35,065 bases of DNA from Octopus bimaculoides. Taxonomy: Eukaryota. The DNA lies in assembly GCF_001194135.2 (NCBI RefSeq), contig NC_068982.1, positions 5,663,974 to 5,699,038 on the forward strand, in the 5' to 3' direction. The notes below the pieces were generated by a model. The model was not told where the DNA came from, searched no databases, and saw nothing but the letters and a program-made list of their open reading frames with translations. This document shows, piece by piece, positions 1-10,981 of this stretch; position 1 is the first letter of the stretch, and each line of letters starts with the position of its first letter. Made by a program: the position numbers and the translations under genes.

Positions 1-200
1 ATATATTATGATTGACCGTTGACTGAACACTATTCAATTTTTTTTCTCCGTGTTTTTCTCCTTGTCTCCGTATTCTTTCTGTTGAAGAGCGTAGCTCGAA
101 ACGTCAAAGACTTTCCGTATTCCCGAGCGTCATACTAATATATACTTTTGTTATTTACACCACCTGTCCTCGTCTGTTGTTATTTTTTGTATATTCTCCC
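1..200 (+). mobile_element. 3' part of an interspersed repeat carrying a hammerhead-like motif (PLE-terminus or retrozyme-like)
   Basis: Contains the hammerhead-like fold at 74-110. Bases ~139-200 recur almost identically at 25321-25381, so this is a dispersed repeat. It ends in (AT)n. Confidence 0.45.
74..110 (+). ncRNA. Minimal type I hammerhead ribozyme-like motif, core variant A6->U
   Basis: Stem I TCTTT(74-78)/AAAGA(106-110). Core CTGTTGA(79-85), extra A86, stem II GAGC-gta-GCTC(87-97), GAAA(98-101), palindromic ACGT, GTC cleavage triplet ending at 105. Confidence 0.55.
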
Positions 201-227
201 ATATATATATATATATATATATATATA
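201..227. repeat. (AT)n microsatellite
   Basis: Direct reading. Confidence 0.95.
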
Positions 228-828
228 ATTCTTACGCGGACACATAATATAAAATGAAGTATAGAACTTGTGTACATTCAGAAAATACATAAACACAAAA
301 ATAAAATATGAAAAAAAACAAACAAAAGAATACCGCATATGCATATACTTATCGACGGCTGTTTTAATCAAAATTTAAACACACTGCCAGTAAGTTTAAG
401 AAGATACAACAATGTGTTGTAACATTTGTGATAGGAAGAACTAATGCATAACTGAATTGAGAAAGAATGAAACGAAACGTAGAAAGCAAAAGAAAGAGAA
501 GCGAGCGTCACAGACAGACGTTACCATCCCACCACTTCCATCCTGATAATCATCTGTTGTTGGCATAAGAAACAGCATGTGTCGCTGACGCTAATAATCA
601 GAACCAGGCCTACTTCGATTGTCGTGTGATCAGCCGACCTGACACTTTCCCACGCAGTGCCGACTGTCGTCGCTGTAGTTTTCTTCGCTGCTTTGCACTG
701 CACACTTCATACAGCAGCCCGAAGCACACACTGTCAGAACAGTGTGGTTACGATTGACTTCGTAGAAGATTCTCTTCGCATATTGGGTGCCACCACTGTC
801 GACTCCTTTTTATTGACAACTGAAATGG

Positions 829-831
829 AAA

Positions 832-866
<35 letters not shown>

Positions 867-871
867 AATAG
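829..871. repeat. (AAAT)n microsatellite
   Basis: Direct reading. Confidence 0.95.
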
Positions 872-877
872 AAATAA

Positions 878-985
878 GGCGCAGCAGCGGCTGTGTGGTA
901 GTTAGCTTGCTCCCCAACCACATAGTCCCGGGTTCAGTCCCATTGCGTGGTACCGACCAAAGCCTTGTGAGTGGATTTAGTAGAC
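878..985 (+). mobile_element. tRNA-derived SINE, family B, 5' part (cut by gap)
   Basis: GGCGCAG..GGCTGTGTGGT A-box-like head and GGGTTCAGTCCC B-box-like motif. Homologous to 2145-2545, 24746-24880 and 25408-25555. Confidence 0.85.
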
Positions 986-1360
986 NNNNNNNNNNNNNNN
1001 NNNNNNNNNNNNNNNNNNNNNNNNNNNNNNNNNNNNNNNNNNNNNNNNNNNNNNNNNNNNNNNNNNNNNNNNNNNNNNNNNNNNNNNNNNNNNNNNNNNN
1101 NNNNNNNNNNNNNNNNNNNNNNNNNNNNNNNNNNNNNNNNNNNNNNNNNNNNNNNNNNNNNNNNNNNNNNNNNNNNNNNNNNNNNNNNNNNNNNNNNNNN
1201 NNNNNNNNNNNNNNNNNNNNNNNNNNNNNNNNNNNNNNNNNNNNNNNNNNNNNNNNNNNNNNNNNNNNNNNNNNNNNNNNNNNNNNNNNNNNNNNNNNNN
1301 NNNNNNNNNNNNNNNNNNNNNNNNNNNNNNNNNNNNNNNNNNNNNNNNNNNNNNNNNNNN

Positions 1361-1520
1361 GAACAGGTGGATTCATTCGACGAAAATTATTCAAGGCAGT
1401 GCCCTAGCATGAAACAAGTAAAAGAAAATTCAAACCACTTTTTTTTCTATCTTTTTATCTTTTACTTGGGTTGTAGCCATGCTGGGGTACCGCCTTGAAG
1501 GCTACTAGTTGAACGAATCG
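1361..1520 (+). mobile_element. SINE family B 3' part; 1361-1456 is identical to 2470-2565 (probable contig overlap)
   Basis: 96-bp identity between two gap-adjacent contig ends. Confidence 0.75.
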
Positions 1521-1589
1521 ACTTTTTGAAGCCTGCTACTTATTCTATCTGTTTTTTTTTTGTTTTGTTTGTCGAATCGCTATGTTACG

Positions 1590-2089
1590 GGGACATATGG
1601 AAGCCGTACACAGATGGGACGAACAAGAACAGACAAACATAGAGGGTGAAGAAGTTGCTTATTACGAATGAAATAGTTTCGAATGATGAAATATGTCATG
1701 CTGTTAAAAATTATATCTTCTTTTTTTTCTTTCCTTTTAAAAATTTCTATATAAGCTTGATGATCATTGCAAATTTTGCAATGTGTGACTGAAGGAAAGG
1801 CATCCAACCGTCTGGTTCGAATATTTACTTTTCCTTTTGGCCCCACTTACCTGGTTGCAGTCACTCGCAGCTTGTTCACTACATGCTTGCATCTTTTTGC
1901 GAACATATCCTGTGACAGGTATCTCTTATCCAGCCTGATCTTGCTATCGAGGTGGTAACTAAAGAAGTTAACCAACCCCTGGCCGGAGACGAAAGTACCT
2001 GTCACTATACCTCTCACACGCGTCTTCCATACTGTTTCCTTCAGTATGGCTACTACGCAGGAAAAGCAAGCCTTCTTTTCCCTGTTAAG
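1590..2089 (-). mobile_element. L1/Tx1-clade LINE 3' end (ORF2 C-terminus plus 3' UTR); probably the 3' end of the copy at 3509-6850
   Basis: LNREKKACFSCVVAILKETVWKTR..FVSGQGLVNFFSYHL matches the 3' ends at 14220-14690 and 27100-27300. The UTR CTTCTTCACCCTCTATGTTTGTCTG matches 14610-14650. Confidence 0.85.
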
Positions 2090-2099
2090 NNNNNNNNNN

Positions 2100-2143
<44 letters not shown>

Positions 2144-2144
2144 A

Positions 2145-2545
2145 GCGCAGGGGTGGCTGTGTGGTAAGTAGCTTGTTTACCAACCACGTGGGTTCCGGGT
2201 TAAGTCCCACTGCGTAGCACCTTGGGAAAGTGTCTTCTGCTATATAGCCTTGGGCAGACCAGAGCCTTGTGAGTGGATTTGGTAGACGGAAACTGAAAGA
2301 AGCCCGTCGTATATATAAGTATATCTGTGTGTATGTGTGCTTGTATCCGTCATTATCCTCCACCACCGCTTGAGAACGGGGTTGGTGTGTTTATATACCC
2401 GTAACTTAGCGGTTCAGCGAAAGAAACCGTTAGAATAAGTACCAGGCTTAGAAAAAAAATAATAAATAAGAACAGGTGGATTCATTCGACGAAAATTATT
2501 CAAGGCAGTGCCCTAGCATGAAACAAGTAAAAGAAAATTCAAACC
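2145..2545 (+). mobile_element. tRNA-derived SINE, family B, near full length
   Basis: A/B-box-like head, then body CACCTTGGGAAAGTGTCTTC...GGAAACTGAAAGAAGCCCGTCGT and 3' segment shared with 21315-21520. Confidence 0.88.
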
Positions 2546-3508
2546 ACTTTTTTTTCTATCTTTTTNNNNNNNNNNNNNNNNNNNNNNNNNNNNNNNNNNN
2601 NNNNNNNNNNNNNNNNNNNNNNNNNNNNNNNNNNNNNNNNNNNNNNNNNNNNNNNNNNNNNNNNNNNNNNNNNNNNNNNNNNNNNNNNNNNNNNNNNNNN
2701 NNNNNNNNNNNNNNNNNNNNNNNNNNNNNNNNNNNNNNNNNNNNNNNNNNNNNNNNNNNNNNNNNNNNNNNNNNNNNNNNNNNNNNNNNNNNNNNNNNNN
2801 NNNNNNNNNNNNNNNNNNNNNNNNNNNNNNNNNNNNNNNNNNNNNNNNNNNNNNNNNNNNNNNNNNNNNNNNNNNNNNNNNNNNNNNNNNNNNNNNNNNN
2901 NNNNNNNNNNNNNNNNNNNNNNNNNNNNNNNNNNNNNNNNNNNNNNNNNNNNNNNNNNNNNNNNNNNNNNNNNNNNNNNNNNNNNNNNNNNNNNNNNNNN
3001 NNNNNNNNNNNNNNNNNNNNNNNNNNNNNNNNNNNNNNNNNNNNNNNNNNNNNNNNNNNNNNNNNNNNNNNNNNNNNNNNNNNNNNNNNNNNNNNNNNNN
3101 NNNNNNNNNNNNNNNNNNNNNNNNNNNNNNNNNNNNNNNNNNNNNNNNNNNNNNNNNNNNNNNNNNNNNNNNNNNNNNNNNNNNNNNNNNNNNNNNNNNN
3201 NNNNNNNNNNNNNNNNNNNNNNNNNNNNNNNNNNNNNNNNNNNNNNNNNNNNNNNNNNNNNNNNNNNNNNNNNNNNNNNNNNNNNNNNNNNNNNNNNNNN
3301 NNNNNNNNNNNNNNNNNNNNNNNNNNNNNNNNNNNNNNNNNNNNNNNNNNNNNNNNNNNNNNNNNNNNNNNNNNNNNNNNNNNNNNNNNNNNNNNNNNNN
3401 NNNNNNNNNNNNNNNNNNNNNNNNNNNNNNNNNNNNNNNNNNNNNNNNNNNNNNNNNNNNNNNNNNNNNNNNNNNNNNNNNNNNNNNNNNNNNNNNNNNN
3501 NNNNNNNN

Positions 3509-6400
3509 CCGATAAATCCGGACATTCCACGAAGGCGTGCAAAACCGTTTCTCTGTCCCGTCCGCACCTCGAGTTCTGAACAGGTTGCTCAACTGATTTC
3601 CATCGAAGCCTAGTGCCTCCCCCAGGACAACGTCTGATATGAATTCCACTAACCTGCTATAGAAATCCGCAGTGGATCTCCTGTTGCCGGTATTGCCCGC
3701 TCGAGAGAGTAGCTGGAGTGATGGCACTCCGATTGCCAATCCCCCAGCTTAAGTCTTCGTTTGATCCATGGACCAATGTCCATTAAGGACGTCAACTGTG
3801 GAAGGTAGAACCTTACCTGCGGTGACCACACCTGCTCTCCATCCAGGTAAAGCCAGAGGTGCCTCAACCTTAACGCAAATTTTCTCACCCTCAGTCAAGG
3901 CATCTCTAGCTCACCCTTTAGCGGTCTTTGGCAGCAGACAGAGCGCTTCACAAGTGGCTTTCCTCCTTTCCACAAAAAGCGGAAAAGGATTCTTTCCAAC
4001 TTGTTCAACCACAAATCGGGGCAAGGCACAGCGGTCAGGCGGCAGGTGATGACAGATGCTATGAACATCTGCGCCACCTCTGCCCTCTCTAGCAAAGATA
4101 ACGCCCGCCCAGACCAGGTCTGGGTTAAGGCAGTCACCTTGCTCGTGACCTCGCTCCAATTCTTCTCTATCTGGAGAATCAGAACCCTAGCAACTTAACC
4201 GGACTATGCGTCCAACGCCCCACGATGTTATTGACGATATCGACCTTCCCCTCCAGGTGCCGAGTTGCAAGCCGACCAACTTGTTCTGGTTAACCTTTAC
4301 TCCTCTCACCGCCTCGTATCCATTGATGGCGTTTTCCACATGAGGGAGTTGCCCTTCTTCGGACACGATGATGGAGATGTCATCCGCATACGCAGTGGTT
4401 CCCCTTCCACACCACAGATCATGCGGCACCCCGCTGACGCCTACAACTTCCGCAGCAATGGCTCAAGACCCAATACATACAAAAACGGTGACAGGGGACA
4501 TCCCTGGCGCACTGAGCGTTCAATCTTGAACGCTTTTGAACTCTGTACAAAGCAGCAATCCAACCGCGGAAAGTCAGGCCCAACCTGGCCTCCTCGAGGA
4601 CCACCGCCAGGTACCGATGGTCGACCCTATCAAATGCTTTAGACTGGTGTAAATGTACCAGTGCCCCACCTTTGCCAGAAATTTTTCCAATCCTCTCTAA
4701 GGAGTAGCGGATAAGATGGAGATTGTTGTGAATTGACCTACTCAGGATAGCGCAAGTGTGCGCCTCCCCGACAAGTCTATCCACGACACGCACCAACCTT
4801 TTTACCAAAACCTTGGCCAAAATCTTTAACTCTGTGTTTAGCAGAGTCATAGGCCGAAAATTACTTATGATATCCCCCTTACTCGGGTCCTATCTGATCA
4901 ATGTCACCACCCCTCGGCTCGCAGACCTGGGAATTCTGCCATTCTGCTGCCAGTTGGCGTAGACGCTGGCCAGTAGGTGTCCGAACAAGTCTGGCATACT
5001 TTTGTAAAACTCATAGGGTAGACCATCAAAACCCGGCGGCTTCTCCCCGGGGCACTCGGATAGCGCCTCGATCACCTCCGCAGCTGTAATTGGCCCCTAC
5101 AGCACTCAGCTTCTCGTGCCGAGAGACGCGAGCTACCAGCCAGAAAGTCCTGTAGGGCCTCAGCATGGTCTAGCATCCCTCTCCTCCTGATCAACTCGGC
5201 GAAGTGCTTGTAAAGTGCATCACACATCTCATCCTGTCCATTGAACAAACGTTCATTTTCATCAATCAAAGACCTGATTATGAAATCGTTGCCACACTGG
5301 GTCTCTACCGTACGGGTCCACCTGTCAACATTAATTCCCTCACGGCCCAATGCACGTACTGTAGCCCGAACCTTGCATCCCTCATGTTTGGCTTTCAGGT
5401 GACGGTTCAAGGCCGTTCTCGCTGCCAGAATTTGGGATGCAGAGCCCAATCTCAACGCCTCTTCTAAAGCCTTAAGTAGGTTCCCTTCTATTCTAGCCTT
5501 ATCTAAACTTAGCTGACGGCTAAATCTAATGGACTCAAAATGTATGGCTCTTTTTAGGGAAAACCACCACCGGTTATTCACCACGGTGCCGGTCAATGCC
5601 CTTTTCACTATCTCCTTAATCCAGTTACGGTATGCCTCACAAGCCAAAATAGACTTGTTCAGTTTCCAGTAGCCGGATCCCTGTCTATAGGCACTATCTA
5701 TGTTCATCCTACACTTAACCATTTTATGGTCAGTGTAGGCGACTTGAACTAAATGTGGACAGCTAAAGCTAGACTTATATCTAATCCTTATAACTAGCCT
5801 GTCTAAGTAAGACATGAGCTTCCCGTCGCCATTCATCCAGGTCAACATTGGGACGTTCGGGTGCTCAAGTCTGTAACGATCTGCCTGCTGAAAATGCTTA
5901 AGCAGATCGATGGGGCGTGAGTTAACACTCCTACCAGTCGAGCCACAGCTATCCAGGCGTGCATCCAGGATAGTATTGTAGTCTTCTAACACAACTAATG
6001 TCTTGGACGTCACGAGAAAGTTCTCTAGGCGTCGATAGAAATCAGTTTGCTGCCTTCTTGCACAAGGCACGTAAATACCGATCAACCTGAAGGCCTTGTT
6101 GCTGTATGTCACGTCAAGGACGACCAGTCCACCTTCAGGGTCCACAAAGACTGTACTTGTCTGCAGAGCCAAGCCTTTTCGGACCAGGACTACTAAACCC
6201 CTCGACCTCCGGTCTGGCCAGGAGATATGATTTTCTCATAGTCATTCAGGAGAGCGGAGAGGGTTTGTATACTATCCAGCTTGGCGTCTGTAGCAATCAT
6301 CACATGTAAATGTGATCTGAGGTCGTCGAGGAGACATGATTGCTTCTACTTCGAGCTCAGACCACGCACATTTAACAACTGAGGTTAAGTGTTGTCAGTT
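3509..6400 (-). pseudogene. L1/Tx1-clade LINE ORF2 (APE endonuclease, reverse transcriptase, C-terminal Cys/His region), broken by stops and frameshifts
   Basis: APE motifs LNVRGL (~6375), LIGIYVP, LEDYNTILD, SYLDR, YTDHKMV, WKLN. RT motifs PPGFDGLPYEFY, TLLNTELKILAKVL, QSKAFDRVDH, AYADDI. C-terminal HAFVECP. Confidence 0.93.
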
Positions 6401-6419
6401 TAAGAAGAAGTAAAGGTTC

Positions 6420-6850
6420 TACTTACTTTTTCGTTGGCGATGTAGGGGCTAACCTCACGTTTCGTGAGGGAGTCCCTCTTTTTTCCTCTTTCCTTAGATA
6501 TTTCGGAAGGTCTTTTAGCCTAAAAATGGCTTTTGGATGCCTCCCCTTCAGTTCTTTAAACAACGTTTCTCCTATCCAGGCACATTGTCTAGGATAGTCC
6601 TTGTGTTTTGGAAATAATAATGTAGTGTGGTGTGGCGCAATCACATCATTTGTGTAATTGTCCTTTGGGTCGAATTCGACCAAAATCCTTTTATTCCCTG
6701 GTTTTTCTGGGACGGCTGGGCGTTTTTTTTTTACTTGTCTGCATTGCAAGGTTTTCTGATTTTGGGGGAGATGTGGATGTGGATGGGGGCAATAATCTTT
6801 TGGCCGAGTATCGTACCGTAGTGAACTCCCCCTCGACTACCTCCATTCAG
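6420..6850 (-). pseudogene. C-terminal part of ORF1 of the same Tx1-like element (5'-truncated)
   Basis: Directly upstream of the APE domain on the same strand. MEVVEGEFTTVR..Ser/Pro/Lys-rich linker, then frameshifted into the 108-aa frame 6423-6749. Confidence 0.65.
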
Positions 6851-6852
6851 TT

Positions 6853-7055
6853 TGACCATCGTACAGGTGACGCTGTACCTTGCAGGAGACCAGTCTCTGG
6901 AAAATATACTCAAATCGGGTGCTTTAGGAAAGCTACAAGATAGCAGTGGTTTACATTGTCGAACGCTTTCGACTGATTCAAACTGGTCAATGCTCCCACC
7001 AAAGCCAGAACTAATCTCAATCCGCTCTATGATCTACAGCATGAGGAGGAGACTG
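6853..7055 (-). mobile_element. Separate Tx1-like RT fragment fused to the truncated ORF1
   Basis: LNQSKAFDNVNHCYLVAFL parallels LHQSKAFDRVDHRYLAVVL in the main copy. Confidence 0.8.
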
Positions 7056-7074
7056 CCATGACCAAATCTACCGG

Positions 7075-7830
7075 GTATCGATCGCACTGATCGGTATTTT
7101 GTCCGTCTTTACATTCTGAGTTCAAATTCCACCGAGGTCGACTTTGCCTTTCATCCTTTCGACGGTCAATAAAATATGTACTATTTGAGCCCTGGAGGGA
7201 TCGATGTAATCGATTACCCGCCTCCCTCGAACTTGTTGGCCTTGAGTCAAAAAAGTTGAAAGCATTGTTATTGGTGGTGGTGGTGGTGGTGGTATTAAGA
7301 CAGCAAGCTGGCTGAGTCATTAACACGTTGGAAAAAATGTTTTTCTAGCTCTTCATGTTCTGAGTTCAAATCCCGCCGAGATTGACATTGCCTTCTATTC
7401 TTCGAGGTCGATGAAATAATACCAGCTGGTGATTGGGATCAATATAATCGACTGGTCCCGTTGTGCTAAGAAAGAATTATTGCTCGACCAGCAAGTTCCG
7501 GGGAGGTGGGTAATCAATGTAATCGATTACCCATCGAGTGCTCAAATCGTACATATCTTATCGACCCTCGAAAGGATGAATGGCAAAGTCGACCTCGGTG
7601 GAATTTGAACTCACGAAATGTTATAATAATTGTTTCAAATTTTTGTCACAAGGACAACGTGGGGGAGGTGGGGATGAGTAGATTACATCGACCCCAGTGT
7701 TCAACTGGTACATATTTTATCGACCCTCGAAAGGATGAACGGCAAAGTCGACCTCGGCGGAATTTGAACTCAAAACGTAGCGACTGACGATATACCGATC
7801 TCTTTATTACCCATAGAGGGCTATACAAAG
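7075..7830. mobile_element. Cluster of about four SINE family A fragments in both orientations
   Basis: Repeated TTCTGAGTTCAAATTCC.CCGAGGTCGACTTTGCCTTTCATCC on + (~7095, ~7357) and its reverse complement on - (~7560-7615, ~7720-7775). Confidence 0.85.
7385..7558 (+). repeat. 174-bp direct duplication, copy 1 (copy 2 at 8118-8291)
   Basis: Copies look identical by eye, 733 bp apart, with no gap between them. Confidence 0.9.
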
Positions 7831-8117
7831 AATTTTTAAGACATCACAAAACATAAAGACAGTACAAAACGCAAACATAAAATCGGGGTAATTAAAATAA
7901 AATGATAATATGCAAGAATGAAAAAAATGAGGCGCAATGTCCACTCGACCCCCGAAGTCGAGTGGTTACATTTATCCAGTTTTTCACTTTTACATTAAAC
8001 ATCATGTAAACATTTTAACGGTTTTGTAACTCAAAATATCCAAACACTCGCGTTACCTTTCTCCCATTAACGATTGTTACTTCCGTCCTTATCAACTGCA
8101 AATAATCAGTTCTAAGT

Positions 8118-8291
8118 ACATTGCCTTCTATTCTTCGAGGTCGATGAAATAATACCAGCTGGTGATTGGGATCAATATAATCGACTGGTCCCGTTGTGCT
8201 AAGAAAGAATTATTGCTCGACCAGCAAGTTCCGGGGAGGTGGGTAATCAATGTAATCGATTACCCATCGAGTGCTCAAATCGTACATATCT
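8118..8291 (+). repeat. 174-bp direct duplication, copy 2
   Basis: Identical to 7385-7558. Confidence 0.9.
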
Positions 8292-8817
8292 CCACCAACC
8301 ATACCCGTTTCGTTATTATATTTTCACCAAGTTCTTTTATGTATTCCCAGTAGTTTTCCTCGTGTATCAAAATGCATTTCTCAGCACATTTCTCTGGCAT
8401 TTTCACTCTTATTATTTCCTCCAACCTCTCGACTTTTCTCTCCATCTGCTCGCAATTCTCGTACTTTATCAAAACCCCCTTGTATTTNNNNNNNNNNNNN
8501 NNNNNNNNNNNNNNNNNNNNNNNNNNNNNNNNNNNNNNNNNNNNNNNNNNNNNNNNNNNNNNNNNNNNNNNNNNNNNNNNNNNNNNNNNNNNNNNNNNNN
8601 NNNNNNNNNNNNNNNNNNNNNNNNNNNNNNNNNNNNNNNNNNNNNNNNNNNNNNNNNNNNNNNNNNNNNNNNNNNNNNNNNNNNNNNNNNNNNNNNNNNN
8701 NNNNNNNNNNNNNNNNNNNNNNNNNNNNNNNNNNNNNNNNNNNNNNNNNNNNNNNNNNNNNNNNNNNNNNNNNNNNNNNNNNNNNNNNNNNNNNNNNNNN
8801 NNNNNNNNNNNNNNNNN

Positions 8818-8985
8818 ACTACGAAGACAATGTCTCCGAACAAAAGTCGCCACCTGAATAGACTAGACCTTGTTTCAAGGATGGGGTTAAATCGATTAAA
8901 TCTACCCCAGTGTTCAGTTGGTACTTATTTTATCGACCACGAAAGCATGAAAGGCAAAGTCGATTTCAGCTGAATTTGAACTCAG
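8818..8985. repeat. 168-bp inverted duplication (partner 10076-10243), includes a SINE A fragment on -
   Basis: Exact reverse complement read base by base. Both copies abut N-gaps. Confidence 0.9.
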
Positions 8986-9016
8986 ATTTTGTTGCTGTTA
9001 TTATAACATTTCGTAA

Positions 9017-9075
9017 GGCGGCGAGCTGGCAGAATCGTTAGCACGCCGGTCGAACTGCTTCGCGGTATAACGGCT
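9017..9075 (+). mobile_element. SINE family A tRNA-like head fragment
   Basis: GGCGGCGAGCTGGCAGAATCGTTAGCACGCCGG, as at 24067 and (on -) 28100-28157. Confidence 0.8.
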
Positions 9076-9205
9076 CTGTGAATTATTATGAATACTGTTG
9101 TGAAAACTGAGTGAATTACTGTAAGTTGTCTCTGTAAATAATTGTGATTTTTTGTGGAATGATTACGGTTACGTTTCACGCGAGCCGCTGCAATTTTTCC
9201 CAGCT

Positions 9206-10075
9206 ATGGCAAGTGGTAGTGTCTCCAGTATGGAGAGCTACGCCAAGGCCACTGCGGCGAGGAAGCCAGTGCCGCTGGAAACCAAGTTAATCAAGTTGGA
9301 TATGGAGGAGGTGAGCAGAAGCAGGAATTTGATAGAAGTTGACGGAGATTCATACAAATTGTGCGCCCCAAAAAGAGACTAAAGAAGAAAAAATTCTGAG
9401 GACAGTTGTGTATCGTACACAGGCTGTCGAAACCTGTAAAATTGAAACGGTGACGGAAGAGGAAATCGAGGAGTGCCTGGGTGAAATTGTGAATGAAGCC
9501 ACGTACATCAGCAGAGTTTTTAGGGTTAGTAGCTCCATTTTCGTTCTTCTCCTTTGTTTTCTCTGTTTCACACTTCCGTCTCTCTTTCATTTCCTCGGTG
9601 TGGTCTACAATGTTTTCCTCCTCTGCTTGTGCTTTCTCTTGCTGTGGCTGTATGAATTCATTTAGGGGGCCCTTGGTCTTCATATGACCTCTTTCCCCAC
9701 ATATGTAGCAATTTGGTTTCCTTCCCTCGACTACAACATTTAACGTTCTCTCATCCTCCACTTCTATCTGGTAGGGAATTCTTTCTATGTCCTCGAAAAA
9801 GCCACATTTAGAGTCCAAATCCCTACCATTTGTGCACTTTTGATTTTGCCACTGGTTCCAATTCCGGCTCCTCCTTGGTTGCAGCCAGCACTGTTGTGAC
9901 CAACCACTCTGGTTTAATTTCTAGTGTAACTCTGGGAATACATATTTTCACACTTCTTCCTCTATAACTTGGTAGCAATGCTATTTTTGCACTTCTTAAA
10001 ACGTTGGTCGCATGCTTGGTTGCCTCTTCTATAGTGGCGAACCTCACCTCAACCGTACCGAACTTTCTTCCTCTG
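9206..10075. pseudogene. LINE ORF1 (gag-like, CCHC zinc knuckle) with the 3' half inverted
   Basis: + strand 9206-9516 reads MASGSVSSMESYAKA...GEIVNEATYISR. - strand 10075->9517 continues GRKFGTVEVRFATIEEA...VVVEGRKPNCYICGERGHMKTKGP (CX2CX4HX4C with the last Cys mutated). Confidence 0.8.
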
Positions 10076-10942
10076 CTGAGTTCAAATTCAGCTGAAATCG
10101 ACTTTGCCTTTCATGCTTTCGTGGTCGATAAAATAAGTACCAACTGAACACTGGGGTAGATTTAATCGATTTAACCCCATCCTTGAAACAAGGTCTAGTC
10201 TATTCAGGTGGCGACTTTTGTTCGGAGACATTGTCTTCGTAGTCAACGAACCNNNNNNNNNNNNNNNNNNNNNNNNNNNNNNNNNNNNNNNNNNNNNNNN
10301 NNNNNNNNNNNNNNNNNNNNNNNNNNNNNNNNNNNNNNNNNNNNNNNNNNNNNNNNNNNNNNNNNNNNNNNNNNNNNNNNNNNNNNNNNNNNNNNNNNNN
10401 NNNNNNNNNNNNNNNNNNNNNNNNNNNNNNNNNNNNNNNNNNNNNNNNNNNNNNNNNNNNNNNNNNNNNNNNNNNNNNNNNNNNNNNNNNNNNNNNNNNN
10501 NNNNNNNNNNNNNNNNNNNNNNNNNNNNNNNNNNNNNNNNNNNNNNNNNNNNNNNNNNNNNNNNNNNNNNNNNNNNNNNNNNNNNNNNNNNNNNNNNNNN
10601 NNNNNNNNNNNNNNNNNNNNNNNNNNNNNNNNNNNNNNNNNNNNNNNNNNNNNNNNNNNNNNNNNNNNNNNNNNNNNNNNNNNNNNNNNNNNNNNNNNNN
10701 NNNNNNNNNNNNNNNNNNNNNNNNNNNNNNNNNNNNNNNNNNNNNNNNNNNNNNNNNNNNNNNNNNNNNNNNNNNNNNNNNNNNNNNNNNNNNNNNNNNN
10801 NNNNNNNNNNNNNNNNNNNNNNNNNNNNNNNNNNNNNNNNNNNNNNNNNNNNNNNNNNNNNNNNNNNNNNNNNNNNNNNNNNNNNNNNNNNNNNNNNNNN
10901 NNNNNNNNNNNNNNNNNNNNNNNNNNNNNNNNNNNNNNNNNN

Positions 10943-10981
<39 letters not shown>

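Noticed and set aside
810-3739. Long ORFs in the supplied track that span N-runs (also at 8239-8973, 10088-11173, 12916-13764, 14622-15705)
   Set aside because: Artefacts of translating gaps as X.
8292-8487. Lys/Glu-rich open frame on - (KYKGVLIKYENCEQMERK...)
   Set aside because: Truncated by a gap and a duplication with no diagnostic motif; probably a TE relic, but unassignable.
10205-10215. TGGCGAC as a possible LTR primer-binding site
   Set aside because: No adjacent LTR (TG..CA) or gag/pol sequence.
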